Positions 50,918 through 61,120 of a stretch of 64,000 nucleotides of DNA are shown one piece after another (within the stretch, counting starts at the first letter, position 1; every line of letters begins with the position of its first letter). The translations under genes and the position numbers were made by a program. The DNA is from an uncultured delta proteobacterium. GTDB lineage: Bacteria > Myxococcota > Myxococcia > SLRQ01. The stretch lies in the NCBI GenBank assembly GCA_963727485.1, contig CAVSGM010000002.1:576001-640000 (forward strand), written 5' to 3'. The notes below the pieces were generated by a model. The model saw only the letters and a list, made by a program, of their open reading frames with translations. It was not told the DNA's origin and ran no database searches.

Positions 50918-51925
50918 TCAGTCCGCGAGCTTCACCAGCATCTTGCCGAGGTTCTCGCCGGTGAACAGCCCGAGGAACGCCGCGGGCGCCTCGGCGAGGC
51001 CCTCGTGGACCGTCTCCTTCCAGGTGATCCGCCCCTCGCGGATCCATCCGCCGACCTTCTGCAGGAACTCGGGGAGGGCATCCTGGTGGTCGGTGACGAT
51101 GAAGCCCTGGAGCTTCAGACGCCGGGTCAGCACCAGCGACAGGTTCCGGGGCCCGGGCGGCGGCACCTTCTCGTTGTACTGGGAGATGAGCCCGCACAGG
51201 GCGATGCGTCCGAACTCGCGCATGTGGCCGATGGCCGCCTCGAGGTGCTCGCCACCGACGTTCTCGAAGCAGACGTCGATGCCTTCCGGCATGGCCTCGG
51301 CGAGGGCCTTGCGGAGCTTGACCTCCTTGTAGTTCAGCGCGCCGTCGATGCCGGCCTCGTCGAGGAGCCAGCGCACCTTGGCCTCGGAGCCGGCGCTCCC
51401 GACCACGGTGGCGCCCATGGCCTTGGCGATTTGGCAGACCACCGATCCCACGGCCCCGGCGGCGCCGGAGACGAAGACCCGCTCGCCCGCCTTCAGCTCG
51501 CCGATGCGGGTGAGGCCCACGTAGGCGGTGAGCCCGGGCATGCCGAGCACCCCGAGGAACGCCTGGGGCGGCACGCCGTCGGGGACCTCGAGGCGCTGGA
51601 GGTGCCTGCCCTTGGCCACGAAGCGCTCGCGCCACCCGGCCTGGGAGAGCACCAGGTCACCCTCGGCGAGGCCGTCGGCCTTCGACGCCACCACCCGGCC
51701 CACGGCGCCGCCGTCGAGGACCTGGCCCACCTCGAAGGGGTCCACGTAGGTCTTGATGCCGCTCATCCGCCCGCGCATGTAGGGGTCCACGGACATCCAG
51801 AGGTTCTCCACCAGCACCTCGCCGTCCGCCGGCTCCCGGAGGTCGAGCTCCACCAGCTCGAAGTCGTCCTCGGTGGGCATGCCCTGGGGGTGCTGCTTGA
51901 GCTTCCACGCGCGCGTCGTCGCCAT
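50918..51925 (-). CDS. NADP-dependent oxidoreductase (CurA/PTGR family)
   Basis: SVDPYMRGRM, LGMPGLTAY, SGAAGAVGS, FENVGG, CGLISQYN, GENLGK. Confidence 0.92.
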   Translation of the reverse strand: MATTRAWKLKQHPQGMPTEDDFELVELDLREPADGEVLVENLWMSVDPYMRGRMSGIKTYVDPFEVGQVLDGGAVGRVVASKADGLAEGDLVLSQAGWRERFVAKGRHLQRLEVPDGVPPQAFLGVLGMPGLTAYVGLTRIGELKAGERVFVSGAAGAVGSVVCQIAKAMGATVVGSAGSEAKVRWLLDEAGIDGALNYKEVKLRKALAEAMPEGIDVCFENVGGEHLEAAIGHMREFGRIALCGLISQYNEKVPPPGPRNLSLVLTRRLKLQGFIVTDHQDALPEFLQKVGGWIREGRITWKETVHEGLAEAPAAFLGLFTGENLGKMLVKLAD

Positions 51926-52050
51926 CGCCGTCTCCTCTCGCTGGGTGCCGGGCGGCGTCCGCCCGGGGGGACCTCTACCATGGGCCCGCGCCCCGGCCCC
52001 GTCACGCCGCCGCCTCCCGGCCGCCGCGGCGATGGTGGTACACCGCGTCC

Positions 52051-52536
52051 ATGGACTTCACCTACTGCCCCCGCTGCGCCAGGCCCCTCGAGCCGAAGGT
52101 CCTCGACGAGGGCCGCACCCGCATGGCCTGCCCCGACCCCGCCTGCGGCTACGTCCACTACGACAACCCGGTGCCCGTGGTCGCCGGCATCGTCCAGCGC
52201 GGCGACGAGGTGATCCTCATCCAGAACAAGGGCTGGCCGGCGTCCTGGTTCGGCCTGGTCACCGGCTTCCTCGAGCGCGACGAGTCGCCGGAGGAAGGGA
52301 TGCTCCGGGAGGTGCAGGAGGAGCTGGGCCTCGCCGGCACCATCGAGAGCTTCGTGGGCAACTACGCCTTCGCGCGGATGAACCAGGTGATCCTCGCCTA
52401 CCACGTGCTGGTCGAGGGCGAGCCCGTCCTCGGCGAGGAGCTCGCGGACCTCAAGATCGTGCCGGTCGCCGAGCTGAAGCCCTGGCCGTTTGGCACCGGC
52501 GACGCGGTGCGCGACTGGCTGGCGCGCCGGGGATGA
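52051..52536 (+). CDS. Zinc-ribbon NUDIX hydrolase
   Basis: CPRC...CPDPACGYVHYDNP; GFLERDESPEEGMLREVQEELG. Confidence 0.88.
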   Translation: MDFTYCPRCARPLEPKVLDEGRTRMACPDPACGYVHYDNPVPVVAGIVQRGDEVILIQNKGWPASWFGLVTGFLERDESPEEGMLREVQEELGLAGTIESFVGNYAFARMNQVILAYHVLVEGEPVLGEELADLKIVPVAELKPWPFGTGDAVRDWLARRG

Positions 52537-52882
52537 CCGGGCGGCGCCAGCGGAAGGCCAGGTTCTGCGCCACGCCGACGACCGGGACGAGGTGATCGGC
52601 GAAGGGCGCCACGGCCGCGCGGCAGGCGCAGGAGAGGTCGTCGCTGCAGGTCCGGGCGCCGCCCGCGACCTCGAGGGTCAGGGCGGCGGGTGTGGCCACG
52701 GCGGCGCAGGTGCCACAGGTCGTGGCGACCGTCACCGCCTTCACGGTGTCTCCCCCGCCCTCCGTCACCAGGCTCACCGAGGTGACGCCGGAGATCCAAG
52801 TGGCCTCGCCCGGGCCGCCGGCACAGCCAGCCACGGCGAGGGCGACCACGGCCACGACGACGGGTGCCGAGAAGCGCTGCAC
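52451..52882 (-). CDS. Possible small Cys-rich lipoprotein
   Basis: Lipobox-like VAGC; CGTC and CSDDLSCAC; 3' end overlaps the NUDIX gene, so the true end is uncertain. Confidence 0.3.
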   Translation of the reverse strand: MQRFSAPVVVAVVALAVAGCAGGPGEATWISGVTSVSLVTEGGGDTVKAVTVATTCGTCAAVATPAALTLEVAGGARTCSDDLSCACRAAVAPFADHLVPVVGVAQNLAFRWRRPVIPGAPASRAPRRRCQTARASARRPARS

Positions 52883-52973
52883 CTCGGTCCCCCAGGGAGA
52901 TGGCCCTACCATGACTCACCAATCAGCGGCCCACGACCGGCGACCTGGTGCCTACGGGAGTGGCCGCTTGAGT

Positions 52974-52992
52974 TTGATACGATTTGTATCAA
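52974..52992. promoter_or_regulatory. AT-rich inverted repeat TTGATAC-N5-GTATCAA (putative operator)
   Basis: Perfect 7-bp arms ending 9 bp before ATG 53002. Confidence 0.6.
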
Positions 52993-53001
52993 TATCGCTA
53001 C

Positions 53002-53682
53002 ATGCTGAATCCTTCTCCGCTGGAGCGCCTCCTCTCGTCCCGTGCCCGCGCGGCCCTGGTGCGCTGGGTCGTCGAGGAGGGCACCCCCACCTCCGTCGGC
53101 GACCTCGGCCGGCAGCTGGGCTTCACCCCCGCGGGCCTGCGCCGGGAGGTCCCGGGCCTGGTGAGCCTCGGCGTGCTCCGGGTCGTTCGCCACGGCAACG
53201 CCGACGTCCTGGAGGCTGGGCCCGACGCGCGGCTGAACGAGGCCCTCGGCGCGCCCCTCGCGGTGGAGCCCGCCAAGCGCCCCAGGGCGGCTGAGAAGGT
53301 CCTGGTGGACGCAGTCGCCCTGGCCCGGGAGGACGCCACCGTCCTCCGCACCCTGCCGGTGGTCTTCGAACGGCTCGGATCCCACCTCGACTGGACGCGT
53401 CTGCGGAACGCCGCCCGGGCGTCTGGCGTCGGCGCCGAGCTGGGAATGGTGGCCTCGCTCACCGCCGGGCTCACCGGTCGGCCCGAGCTCGCGGCAGAGG
53501 TGGACGAGCTGCAGGACCGACGTCGCACCCGGGTCCGGCTCTTCCACTCGGGGCGTCACTCCCGCCGCGAGCGGACGCTGGCCGAGCGGCGAACCCCGGA
53601 GGCCGTGCGCCGCTGGGGCTTCCTGATGAACATGGACGAGGACGCCTTTCGCTCGATCCTGGAACGCCGTGCCCGGCCATGA
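53002..53682 (+). CDS. Winged-HTH protein with uncharacterised C-terminal domain
   Basis: LERLLSSRARAALVRW...VGDLGRQLG...LRREV..LVSLGVL resembles a wHTH. Confidence 0.6.
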   Translation: MLNPSPLERLLSSRARAALVRWVVEEGTPTSVGDLGRQLGFTPAGLRREVPGLVSLGVLRVVRHGNADVLEAGPDARLNEALGAPLAVEPAKRPRAAEKVLVDAVALAREDATVLRTLPVVFERLGSHLDWTRLRNAARASGVGAELGMVASLTAGLTGRPELAAEVDELQDRRRTRVRLFHSGRHSRRERTLAERRTPEAVRRWGFLMNMDEDAFRSILERRARP

Positions 53683-53704
53683 CGCCGCGAGCGTGACCGC
53701 GTTC

Positions 53705-54395
53705 CTAGGACTCCTGGGGCGGTAGACGCCAGTCCTCGACATCCACCCAGCGCCCGGCAGCCTCGAACCGATGGTCGGAGGTTGCCACGACAAGCCCATG
53801 GGTCGCGGCCGTTGCGGCGATGAGGAGATCCACCTCTCCCATCTTGTCTCCGTCCCGAGCGAGAGTCGCCCACATCTCCATCGCCTTTCCCCACACCGAC
53901 CGGCCGTTCTGCAGGTCCAACGGTAGCACCTGACTTTCCCGAGCCAGCTGGTCAAAGGCGAGGGCCTCACGGCGCCTACCCTTCCAGAGGAGGCCTCGCA
54001 TTACTTCATGGTAGGTGAGCACGCTGAAGGTCAGCTGACCGTGCTCAGCTACGTAGCGCTGGACGTGGTCCCGTACGTCGGGAGGCGTCGAGAGCCGACA
54101 CGGTCTCGTCATCCATCGCCGTCGCGATCGCCTTGGCCAGCTCATCAAAGCGCCTCGCCCGGTCCTCAACGGACGCGTTCCGGAACGCCGACACCACCAC
54201 ACCCGATCGCGCCAGGGAATCCACGACCTCTGTAGCCCGAACATACGCGCGGCGCGCAAGGAGCCCCAGAAGCTGGTCGCCGATCTGCACCTCGCCTTCG
54301 AGGGCGGAGTTCGCAGCCAGGATATCGAAGGTCGCGAGGAGATAGGCTCGCACCTCCGGATCTTCTGCCCATGCTCCATGGCCCTCGGCGCTCAC
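53705..54395 (-). CDS. PIN/VapC-like RNase, probably with an N-terminal extension of about 90 aa; frameshift near 54080
   Basis: SVLTYHEVMRG, DLLIAATA, VVATSD..F; the first PIN acidic motif (AMDDETVS) lies in the upstream frame 54395-54045. Confidence 0.7.
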
Positions 54396-54856
54396 CCTGG
54401 CTGCAGCTTCGTGTAGTCCCTCCGGCTGGATGGCGAGGAGCTGCCCAGCTCAATACTTGCGTCTACGAAGACACTTGCCGCCCACTCCAGGGCAAGCCAT
54501 GCATCCGGTTCGAGCCTGCTCTCTGCAGCCTTTCGGAGCTTGCTCATCTCGGCGGGGAGGCGACGGACCATCTCCGTCCCGAGTAGCAGCATCTCCCCGT
54601 CCAGAGCGCCGACGAGATCGGTCAGCAGGCCAGTGGTCAGTTCAGAGAGCTTGGTCGCCAACTCAATCTCAATCGCGTCCAGCTCCTCCGCTCCCGCGAC
54701 TTCCGCGAGAGGAGCCAGAAGAATCCGAACTGAATCGGGTGTCCACCGGAGACGAGCCCGAACCGCTGGGGGCAACTCGTCCAGAAACGCCTGGACCGAG
54801 GCGACTGACAGCACGGTGGGCGGTGGAACCCCTTGTCCGTTGGCCAGCGGGAACAC
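54392..54856 (-). CDS. Hypothetical protein upstream of the PIN gene
   Basis: 154-aa ORF overlapping the next start by 4 bp; atypical codon use. Confidence 0.5.
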   Translation of the reverse strand: MFPLANGQGVPPPTVLSVASVQAFLDELPPAVRARLRWTPDSVRILLAPLAEVAGAEELDAIEIELATKLSELTTGLLTDLVGALDGEMLLLGTEMVRRLPAEMSKLRKAAESRLEPDAWLALEWAASVFVDASIELGSSSPSSRRDYTKLQPG

Positions 54857-54953
54857 GACAAGCCTCCAGCCAGAGGAATCGGCTCTCTTCCAACCTAGGA
54901 CCGGGCCGTGGACTTGTGCAAGATGGTGCAGCCCCGGGACAAGGAGTCCTGAA

Positions 54954-57176
54954 TCACCGGGCGTCGACCGGCGTGACCGCCACCGGCACCCCGCTGAGCA
55001 CCGCGTTCCCCGAGAGCGGGTCGAGCTCGAGGTCGTCGGTGAGGCGGTTGGCGCTCACCCCCGGGCGCTCGGCGGCGACGCGGAGGCGGGCGCCGGGCAG
55101 ATCGTGGCCGAAGCCGTGGGGCAGGCTCACGGCGCCCGGACGCAGGGCGTCGGTGATCTCCACCGTCGCCACCACCTCGCCCACCCGGCTCGTCACCTTC
55201 GCCGCGCCGCCGTCCACCAGGCCGAGGCGCGCGGCGTCGTCGGGGTGGACCTGGAGCGTGCACCGAGCCTTGCCGGCGGAGAGCTTCGGGAGGTTGTGCA
55301 TCCAGGAGTTGTTGGAGCGCAGGTGGCGGCGGCCGAGGAGCACCAGGCCGTCCGCCGGGGCGTCGAGGGACGCGCGGAGCCGCGCGAGGTCGGCGACGAG
55401 GGGCGCGGCGGCGAGCTCGATCTTCGCGGACGGCGTGCGGAGGATCCCCGGGAGCCGCGGCAGCAGCGGCCCGTGGTCGATGCCGTGGGTCGCCTCGGCG
55501 AGGCGCGCCAGGGTCAGGCCGCCTGGGTCGGCGCCGAAGCGGTCGCCGTTCGGGCCGGTGCGCAGGAGGAGATCGAGGAGGCGCTCGGCGGGGGTGTCGC
55601 CTTCGAGCTGCCCGCGCACCTCGGCGGGGTCCCGGCCGGCGAGCGCCCCACCCTCCTTGGTGAGCTTGCCCAGGAGGGTCTTCAGCACCAGCCCCTCGAC
55701 CATCGACGGGTCGGCGTCGGCCGCGCCCCCGGCGGCGGCGGCCAGGCGCATGAGGATCTCGTCCTCACCGGGGCCCTCCCGCTCGAAGACCGGCGGCGAG
55801 TAGTGCGCCACCCGGCGGACCGAGAAGGCGTAGAAGGCCACGTCGTAGTGGGGCGACGCCAGGGGCGAGGGCGGCGGGAGGATCACGTGGGCGTGGCGGG
55901 TGGTCTCGTTGAGGTAGGGGTCCACCGAGACCATGAGCTCGAGGCCGGCGAGCGCCCGGTCGAGGCGGTCGCCGTTGGGCGCCGAGAGCACCGGGTTGCC
56001 GGCGACGGTCACCAGCGCCCGCACCTGGCCCTCGCCCTCCGTCTCAATCTCGTCGGCGAGGGTCGCCGCGGGGAGCTCGCCCTTGACCTCGGGGAGCCCC
56101 CGGACCCGGCTGGCGTAGCGGCCGAGCTTGAAGCCCCGGCCTCCGGGCCCGCCGGCGCGCACCGGCTCGTGGTCGGGCCAGGGGAACATCGCTCCGCCGG
56201 CGCGATCGAGGTTCCCGGTGAGGACGTTGACCACGTCGACGAGCCAGGCCGAGAGGGTCCCGAAGGGCACGGTGTGGGTTCCGATGCGGCCGTAGACCGC
56301 GGCGGCCTCGGCGGAGGCGAGGTCCCGGGCGAGGCCCCGGACCACCTCGGGCGGGAGGCCGGTGGCCTGCGCCGTCGCTTCAGGGGTGAAGGGTGCCAGG
56401 GCCTCTCGCAGCGCCTCGAGGCCGTCGACCCGGCCCTCGAGGTGCCGGAGGCGCACGCGGTCCTCGTCGAAGAGCACCCGGGCCACCGCGGCCAACAGCG
56501 CCGCGTCGCCCCCGGGCCTTATCGCCAGGTGGGTGTCGGCGAGCTCGGCGGTCCGGGTGCGCACCGGGTCCACCACCACCAGGCGCCCGCCCCGGTCCTT
56601 CAGGGCCTTCAGGCGCCCGGGCCAGTCCGGGGCCGTCGCCAGGCTCCCGTTGGACGCCACCGGGTTGGCGCCGAGGATCACCAGCATCGCGGTCCGGTCC
56701 AGGTCGGGCACCGGGATGAGCCCGGCGCCCCCGAAGAGCAGCCCCGAGCTGACGTGCTTGGGCATCTGGTCGAGGGTGCTGGCGGTGAACAGGTTCCGGG
56801 TGCGCAGGGCCTCGAGGAGCGGGCGGACGTAGAGGGCGCCGCCGAGGTTGTGGACGTTGGGGTTGCCCAGGTACACCGCGACGGAGTCGCGCCCGTGGTC
56901 GGCCTGGATCGCCGGGAGCCGGCGCGCCACCTCGGCGAAGGCGGCGTCCCAGGTGACCTCGCGCCAGTCGTCGCCGGCCCGGATCATCGGCGTCCGGAGC
57001 CGGTCCGGGTCGTGGTGGAGCTCGGCGAGCGCCGCGCCCTTGGGGCAGACGAAGCCGTGGCTGAACACGTCGTCGGCGTCGCCGCGGACCCGGGTGACCC
57101 GGTCGCCGTCGACTTCGAGCTCGAGGCCACAGGTGGCCTCGCAGAGGGGGCAGGTCCGATAGGCGGTGCGGGTCAT
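54954..57176 (-). CDS. Molybdopterin (bis-MGD) oxidoreductase family protein
   Basis: TCPLCEATCG...CPKG (4Fe-4S), LGNPNVH, GANP.ASNGS, RSNNSWMHN, SLPHGFG. Confidence 0.92.
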   Translation of the reverse strand: MTRTAYRTCPLCEATCGLELEVDGDRVTRVRGDADDVFSHGFVCPKGAALAELHHDPDRLRTPMIRAGDDWREVTWDAAFAEVARRLPAIQADHGRDSVAVYLGNPNVHNLGGALYVRPLLEALRTRNLFTASTLDQMPKHVSSGLLFGGAGLIPVPDLDRTAMLVILGANPVASNGSLATAPDWPGRLKALKDRGGRLVVVDPVRTRTAELADTHLAIRPGGDAALLAAVARVLFDEDRVRLRHLEGRVDGLEALREALAPFTPEATAQATGLPPEVVRGLARDLASAEAAAVYGRIGTHTVPFGTLSAWLVDVVNVLTGNLDRAGGAMFPWPDHEPVRAGGPGGRGFKLGRYASRVRGLPEVKGELPAATLADEIETEGEGQVRALVTVAGNPVLSAPNGDRLDRALAGLELMVSVDPYLNETTRHAHVILPPPSPLASPHYDVAFYAFSVRRVAHYSPPVFEREGPGEDEILMRLAAAAGGAADADPSMVEGLVLKTLLGKLTKEGGALAGRDPAEVRGQLEGDTPAERLLDLLLRTGPNGDRFGADPGGLTLARLAEATHGIDHGPLLPRLPGILRTPSAKIELAAAPLVADLARLRASLDAPADGLVLLGRRHLRSNNSWMHNLPKLSAGKARCTLQVHPDDAARLGLVDGGAAKVTSRVGEVVATVEITDALRPGAVSLPHGFGHDLPGARLRVAAERPGVSANRLTDDLELDPLSGNAVLSGVPVAVTPVDAR

Positions 57177-57223
57177 GGCGACCAAGAATACGCCATGGTA
57201 TCCCCGGCACCACCGGAGGCCCC

Positions 57224-58182
57224 ATGACCGCACCCGAGATCCCCACTCCGTCGACGTCCACCCCAACGGCCTGCACGTCATCGACACCGGCTTCGTGGCG
57301 CCCCACATGGCCGCCGCCTACCTGCTGGTGGAGCAGGGCCGGGGCGCCTTCATCGAGACCGGCACCGCCCGCAGCGTCCCGCGCCTGCTCAAGGCCCTGG
57401 CCGACGCGGGCCTCGATCCGGGCGACGTGGACCTCGTCATCGTCACCCACGTCCACCTCGACCACGCCGGCGGCGCCGGGGCCCTGATGCAGCACCTCCC
57501 CAACGCCCGCTTCGTGGTCCACCCCCGGGGCGCCCGGCACATGATCGACCCGGCCAAGCTCGTCGCCGGCGCGGTGGCCGTCTACGGCGAGGCCACCTTC
57601 AAGCGCAACTACGACACCGTGGTCCCCATCCCCGCCGAGCGGGTGGTCGAGGCCCCGGACGGCCACGAGGTGCAGCTCGCCGGCCGCACCCTGCGCTTCC
57701 TCGACACCCCGGGCCACGCCTACCACCACTTCTGCGTCCACGACCCGGCGGCCCGCGCGGTGTTCACCGGCGACACCTTCGGGCTGTCCTACCGCCAGCT
57801 CGACACCGACGAGGGACCCTTCATCTTCCCCACGACGACCCCGGTGCACTTCGACCCCGAGGCCATGCACCGGAGCGTCGACCGCCTGGCGGCCCTGGAA
57901 CCGGCGCAGGTGAACCTCACCCACTACGGGCCCGTGCCCTTCGAGGCCCGCCTGGTCGCCGACCTCCACCATGGCGTCGACACCTTCGTGGAGATCGCCC
58001 GGGCCCACGCCGGCGAGGCCGACCGGCACGCCGCCATCCAGGAGGCGGTGACCGCCTACCTGGTGGCGCGGCTGCGGGCCCACGGGTCGGAGATCCCCGA
58101 GGCCGAGCTCCGGGCGTTCCTGGAGATGGACGCCGACCTCAACACCCAGGGCCTGGAGGTGTGGCTCCAGAAGCATGGCTGA
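57224..58182 (+). CDS. MBL-fold metallo-hydrolase; probable frameshift near 57243
   Basis: THVHLDHAGG, TPGHAYHH, GDTFG, THYG; GGAGG RBS before ATG 57224. Confidence 0.88.
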
Positions 58183-58223
58183 CATCCGTCATTGACAGAT
58201 GTCACTGACGATCGTAAGTCAGT
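58180..58223 (+). promoter_or_regulatory. TetR promoter/operator with repeated TGAC...GTCA palindromes
   Basis: TGACatccGTCA (58180), TGACAgaTGTCA (58193) and ACTGAC-N8-GTCAGT (58204) overlap a TTGACA -35 element. Confidence 0.6.
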
Positions 58224-58227
58224 CTCC

Positions 58228-58830
58228 GTGACCCCGACCCACCGCCCCGGAAACCGCGACCGCCAGCGCGCCGAGACCCGCCAGCGGGTCTACGACGCCG
58301 CCCTGGCGGTCTTCCGCCGGGACGGCGTCGGCCCCGCCCGCATCGACGACATCGCCTCCGCCGCGAGCGTCAGCCGGGGGACGTTCTACTTCCACTTCCC
58401 CACCAAGGACGACGTCCTCCTCGAGCGCTACCGCCAGAGCGAGGTGGGCATCGAGGACGACCTCGCCCACCTGGCGCCGGACGCGGCCCTCGGCGAGGTC
58501 CTCGACCACACCGCCGTGGCCCTGGCCGCCGCCTGGCAGGACGACGCGGCGCTCCTCCCGGACGTGGCCACCGTCGCCCTGCGGGTCCTCGCGGGCTCCG
58601 TCGTCGACCGGGAGGCCGAGCCCATCCGGGCCCTGCTCTCGCCCTACTTCCGCGCCGCCGCCGAGCGCGGCGAGGTCCGGGGGAGCCTGCCCCCGGAGAT
58701 CCTCGCGGACTTCTACCTCTCCAACGCCCTCGCCGCCATGCTCGCCTGGTGCGCGGCGCGGACACCGTCCCTGGAGGACACCCTCCGGGGCCTCAACCAG
58801 CTCTTCCTGCGGGGCGTCCTCGCCGGCTGA
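58228..58830 (+). CDS. TetR/AcrR family regulator
   Basis: TRQRVYDAAL, IDDIASAASVSRGTFYFHFPTKDDVL. Confidence 0.92.
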   Translation: MTPTHRPGNRDRQRAETRQRVYDAALAVFRRDGVGPARIDDIASAASVSRGTFYFHFPTKDDVLLERYRQSEVGIEDDLAHLAPDAALGEVLDHTAVALAAAWQDDAALLPDVATVALRVLAGSVVDREAEPIRALLSPYFRAAAERGEVRGSLPPEILADFYLSNALAAMLAWCAARTPSLEDTLRGLNQLFLRGVLAG

Positions 58831-58902
58831 CGGCCGCCGTCCCGCGCCGGCGGCACGGTGCCGCCGGGAGGGGAGACGTGTGTCACCACGGGGGACCTCG
58901 CC

Positions 58903-59670
58903 TTGCTGCACCTGATCCTGCCCATCGTCGTCGCCCTCGCCGCGGCGCCCGCCTCGCCCCGGTCGGACGCCGCCGGCGCCCCGGGGACCACCGCCCCGGC
59001 CCGGCCCCTGGCAGACCGCCTCGACACCCTCTGGGCCCACCGGGACGCCCCGAAGGTCCCGGGCGACCTGAAGCGCCTGGCCGCCGACGCCGGCGACGCC
59101 CCACCCTTCGAGGTCCTCTGGCGCCTGGCCCGGATGCACTGCTGGCTCGCCGATGCCCGGGACGCCAAGGGGCAGGTCGAGGCCGACGCCCTGGCCTGCT
59201 GGCACCTCGGGGACCGGGCTGCGAAGGCCGAGCCCACGCGCCCCGAGGGCCACTACTGGGCCGCGGTGGGCGTGGGCCTCGTGGCCCGGGTGCGAGGCAT
59301 CGCCGCCGCCTTCTTCTCGGGCCTCGGCGCCGGCTTTCAGCAGCGCCTGGACGCCGCCCTGCGCCTCGATCCCACCTACGACGGCTGCGGGCCGCTGCTC
59401 GCCAAGGCCCAGCTCTACCGGCAGGCCCCCTGGCCGGTCCACGACCTGGGCCGGGCCGAGCGCCTCGTCAGAAGCGCCCTGGAGCAGTGCCCGGACAGCC
59501 TCCGGGCCCGGCTCTACCTCGCCGAGATCGACCTCGACCGGGGCCGAAGCGCCATCGGCCGCGCCGCCCTCGAGGCCCTGGTCGACGCCACCGCGCCCTC
59601 GGATCCTCCGGAGGCCCGGCGCGTCGCCCACCTGGCCCGGGCCCACCTCCAGACCCTCTCCGACCGGTAG
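58903..59670 (+). CDS. Exported TPR-repeat protein
   Basis: Signal-like N-terminus; helical repeats VLWRLAR, EGHYWAA, LDPTYDG, APWP; start uncertain. Confidence 0.65.
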   Translation: MLHLILPIVVALAAAPASPRSDAAGAPGTTAPARPLADRLDTLWAHRDAPKVPGDLKRLAADAGDAPPFEVLWRLARMHCWLADARDAKGQVEADALACWHLGDRAAKAEPTRPEGHYWAAVGVGLVARVRGIAAAFFSGLGAGFQQRLDAALRLDPTYDGCGPLLAKAQLYRQAPWPVHDLGRAERLVRSALEQCPDSLRARLYLAEIDLDRGRSAIGRAALEALVDATAPSDPPEARRVAHLARAHLQTLSDR

Positions 59671-59683
59671 ACGGAGGCGGACG

Positions 59684-60757
59684 ATGGCGCGCGCGGGCCT
59701 CGCGGTGGTCACCGGCGCCGGGGGACACCTCGGCGGTGCGCTGGTCCGAGCGCTCTCGGCCCGGGGGCGCCCGGTGCGGGCGGTGGACCTCCGGCCCGGG
59801 CCGGCCCTCGCCGGGCTCGCTGTGCCCTTCGTCGCCGCCGACGTCGGCGACCCCGCGGCCCTGCGCCAGGCCTTCGCCGGGGCCACCACCGTCTTCCACC
59901 TCGCCGCCCGGATCTCCATCGTCGGCGACCCCGACGGGCGGGTGTGGGCGACCAACGTGGACGGGGTGCGCCACGCCGCCCGCGCGGCCCTCGACGCCGG
60001 GGTGCGGCGCTTCGTCCACGCCAGCTCGGTCCACGCCTGCGACCTGGAGCACGCCGGCGGCGTCGTGGACGAGACCACGCCCCCGGCGACGGCCCCAAGG
60101 CTCCCGGTCTACGACCGCTCCAAGGCCGCCGGCGAGGCGGCCCTCCTCGAGGTCGTCGCCGAGGGCCTCGACGCGGTGATCCTCCGCCCCACGGCGATCC
60201 TCGGGCCCCTGGACTTCGGGCCGTCCCGGATGGGGCGCTTCTTCGCCACCGTCGCCGCCGGGCGGATGCCCGTGTGCCTCGGCGGAGCCTTCGACTGGGT
60301 GGACGTCCGGGACGTGGCCGAGGCCTTCGTCGCCGCCGAGGCGCGGGGGCGACGCGGCGAGCGCTACCTCGTCTCCGGGCACCACTGCTCCGTCGCCGGC
60401 CTCGCGGCCCTCGCGGCAGAGGCGGCCGGCGTGGCCCCGCCGCGGGTGGTGGTGCCCCTCGGCCTCGCCAGCCTCGGGGCGCGCCGCGGCCACCACCTGG
60501 ACCCGGCTTTGCTCTTCACCGCCGAGGCCCTCCACGCCCTGCGCTACGGCCGGGTGGTCGACGGGCGCAAGGCCGCCCGGGAGCTCGGCCACGACCCCAG
60601 GCCCCTCGACCGCACGGTCGCCGACGCCGTCGCCTGGGTCAGCGGCCTCCGCGGCCTCACCACTCCCCCTGGCTCGGCATCGACTTCCAGGGGTCCTTCG
60701 GGGGCAGGGCCTCGCCCTTCTGCAGCAGCTCCACCGAGTGGCCGTCCGGGCTCTTGA
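59684..60757 (+). CDS. NAD-dependent epimerase/dehydratase (extended SDR, dihydroflavonol-reductase-like)
   Basis: [28 protein letters not shown]; tail overlaps gloA. Confidence 0.88.
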   Translation: MARAGLAVVTGAGGHLGGALVRALSARGRPVRAVDLRPGPALAGLAVPFVAADVGDPAALRQAFAGATTVFHLAARISIVGDPDGRVWATNVDGVRHAARAALDAGVRRFVHASSVHACDLEHAGGVVDETTPPATAPRLPVYDRSKAAGEAALLEVVAEGLDAVILRPTAILGPLDFGPSRMGRFFATVAAGRMPVCLGGAFDWVDVRDVAEAFVAAEARGRRGERYLVSGHHCSVAGLAALAAEAAGVAPPRVVVPLGLASLGARRGHHLDPALLFTAEALHALRYGRVVDGRKAARELGHDPRPLDRTVADAVAWVSGLRGLTTPPGSASTSRGPSGAGPRPSAAAPPSGRPGS

Positions 60758-61082
60758 TGAAGGCCATGCGCCCGTCCCGCGGGGGCCGGAGGATGGCGAC
60801 CCCGGCGTCCCGGAGCTGCACGCAGGTGGCGTAGATGTCGTCCACCTCGTAGGCCAGGTGCCCGAAGAAGCGCCCGGTCGGGTACGGCTCGGTCTGATCC
60901 CAGTTCCAGGTGAGCTCCACCTGCGCCGGGTCCTCCGGGTCGCCGGTGGAGAGGAAGACCAGGCTGTAGCGCCCCTGCTCGCTGTCCCGGCGGCGCACCA
61001 CCGCGAGCCCCAGCTTGTTCACGAAGAAGTCGAGGGCCGCTTCCAGGTCCCGGACGCGGAGCATGGTGTGGAGGTATCGCAT
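60657..61082 (-). CDS. gloA: Lactoylglutathione lyase (glyoxalase I)
   Basis: [36 protein letters not shown]. Confidence 0.9.
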   Translation of the reverse strand: MRYLHTMLRVRDLEAALDFFVNKLGLAVVRRRDSEQGRYSLVFLSTGDPEDPAQVELTWNWDQTEPYPTGRFFGHLAYEVDDIYATCVQLRDAGVAILRPPRDGRMAFIKSPDGHSVELLQKGEALPPKDPWKSMPSQGEW

Positions 61083-61120
61083 GGCCGAATCCTAGTCGTC
61101 CTGGCGCCAGGGGGAACCCG

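Noticed and set aside
52974..52992. FNR box
   Set aside because: TTGAT and ATCAA are separated by 9 bp, not 4
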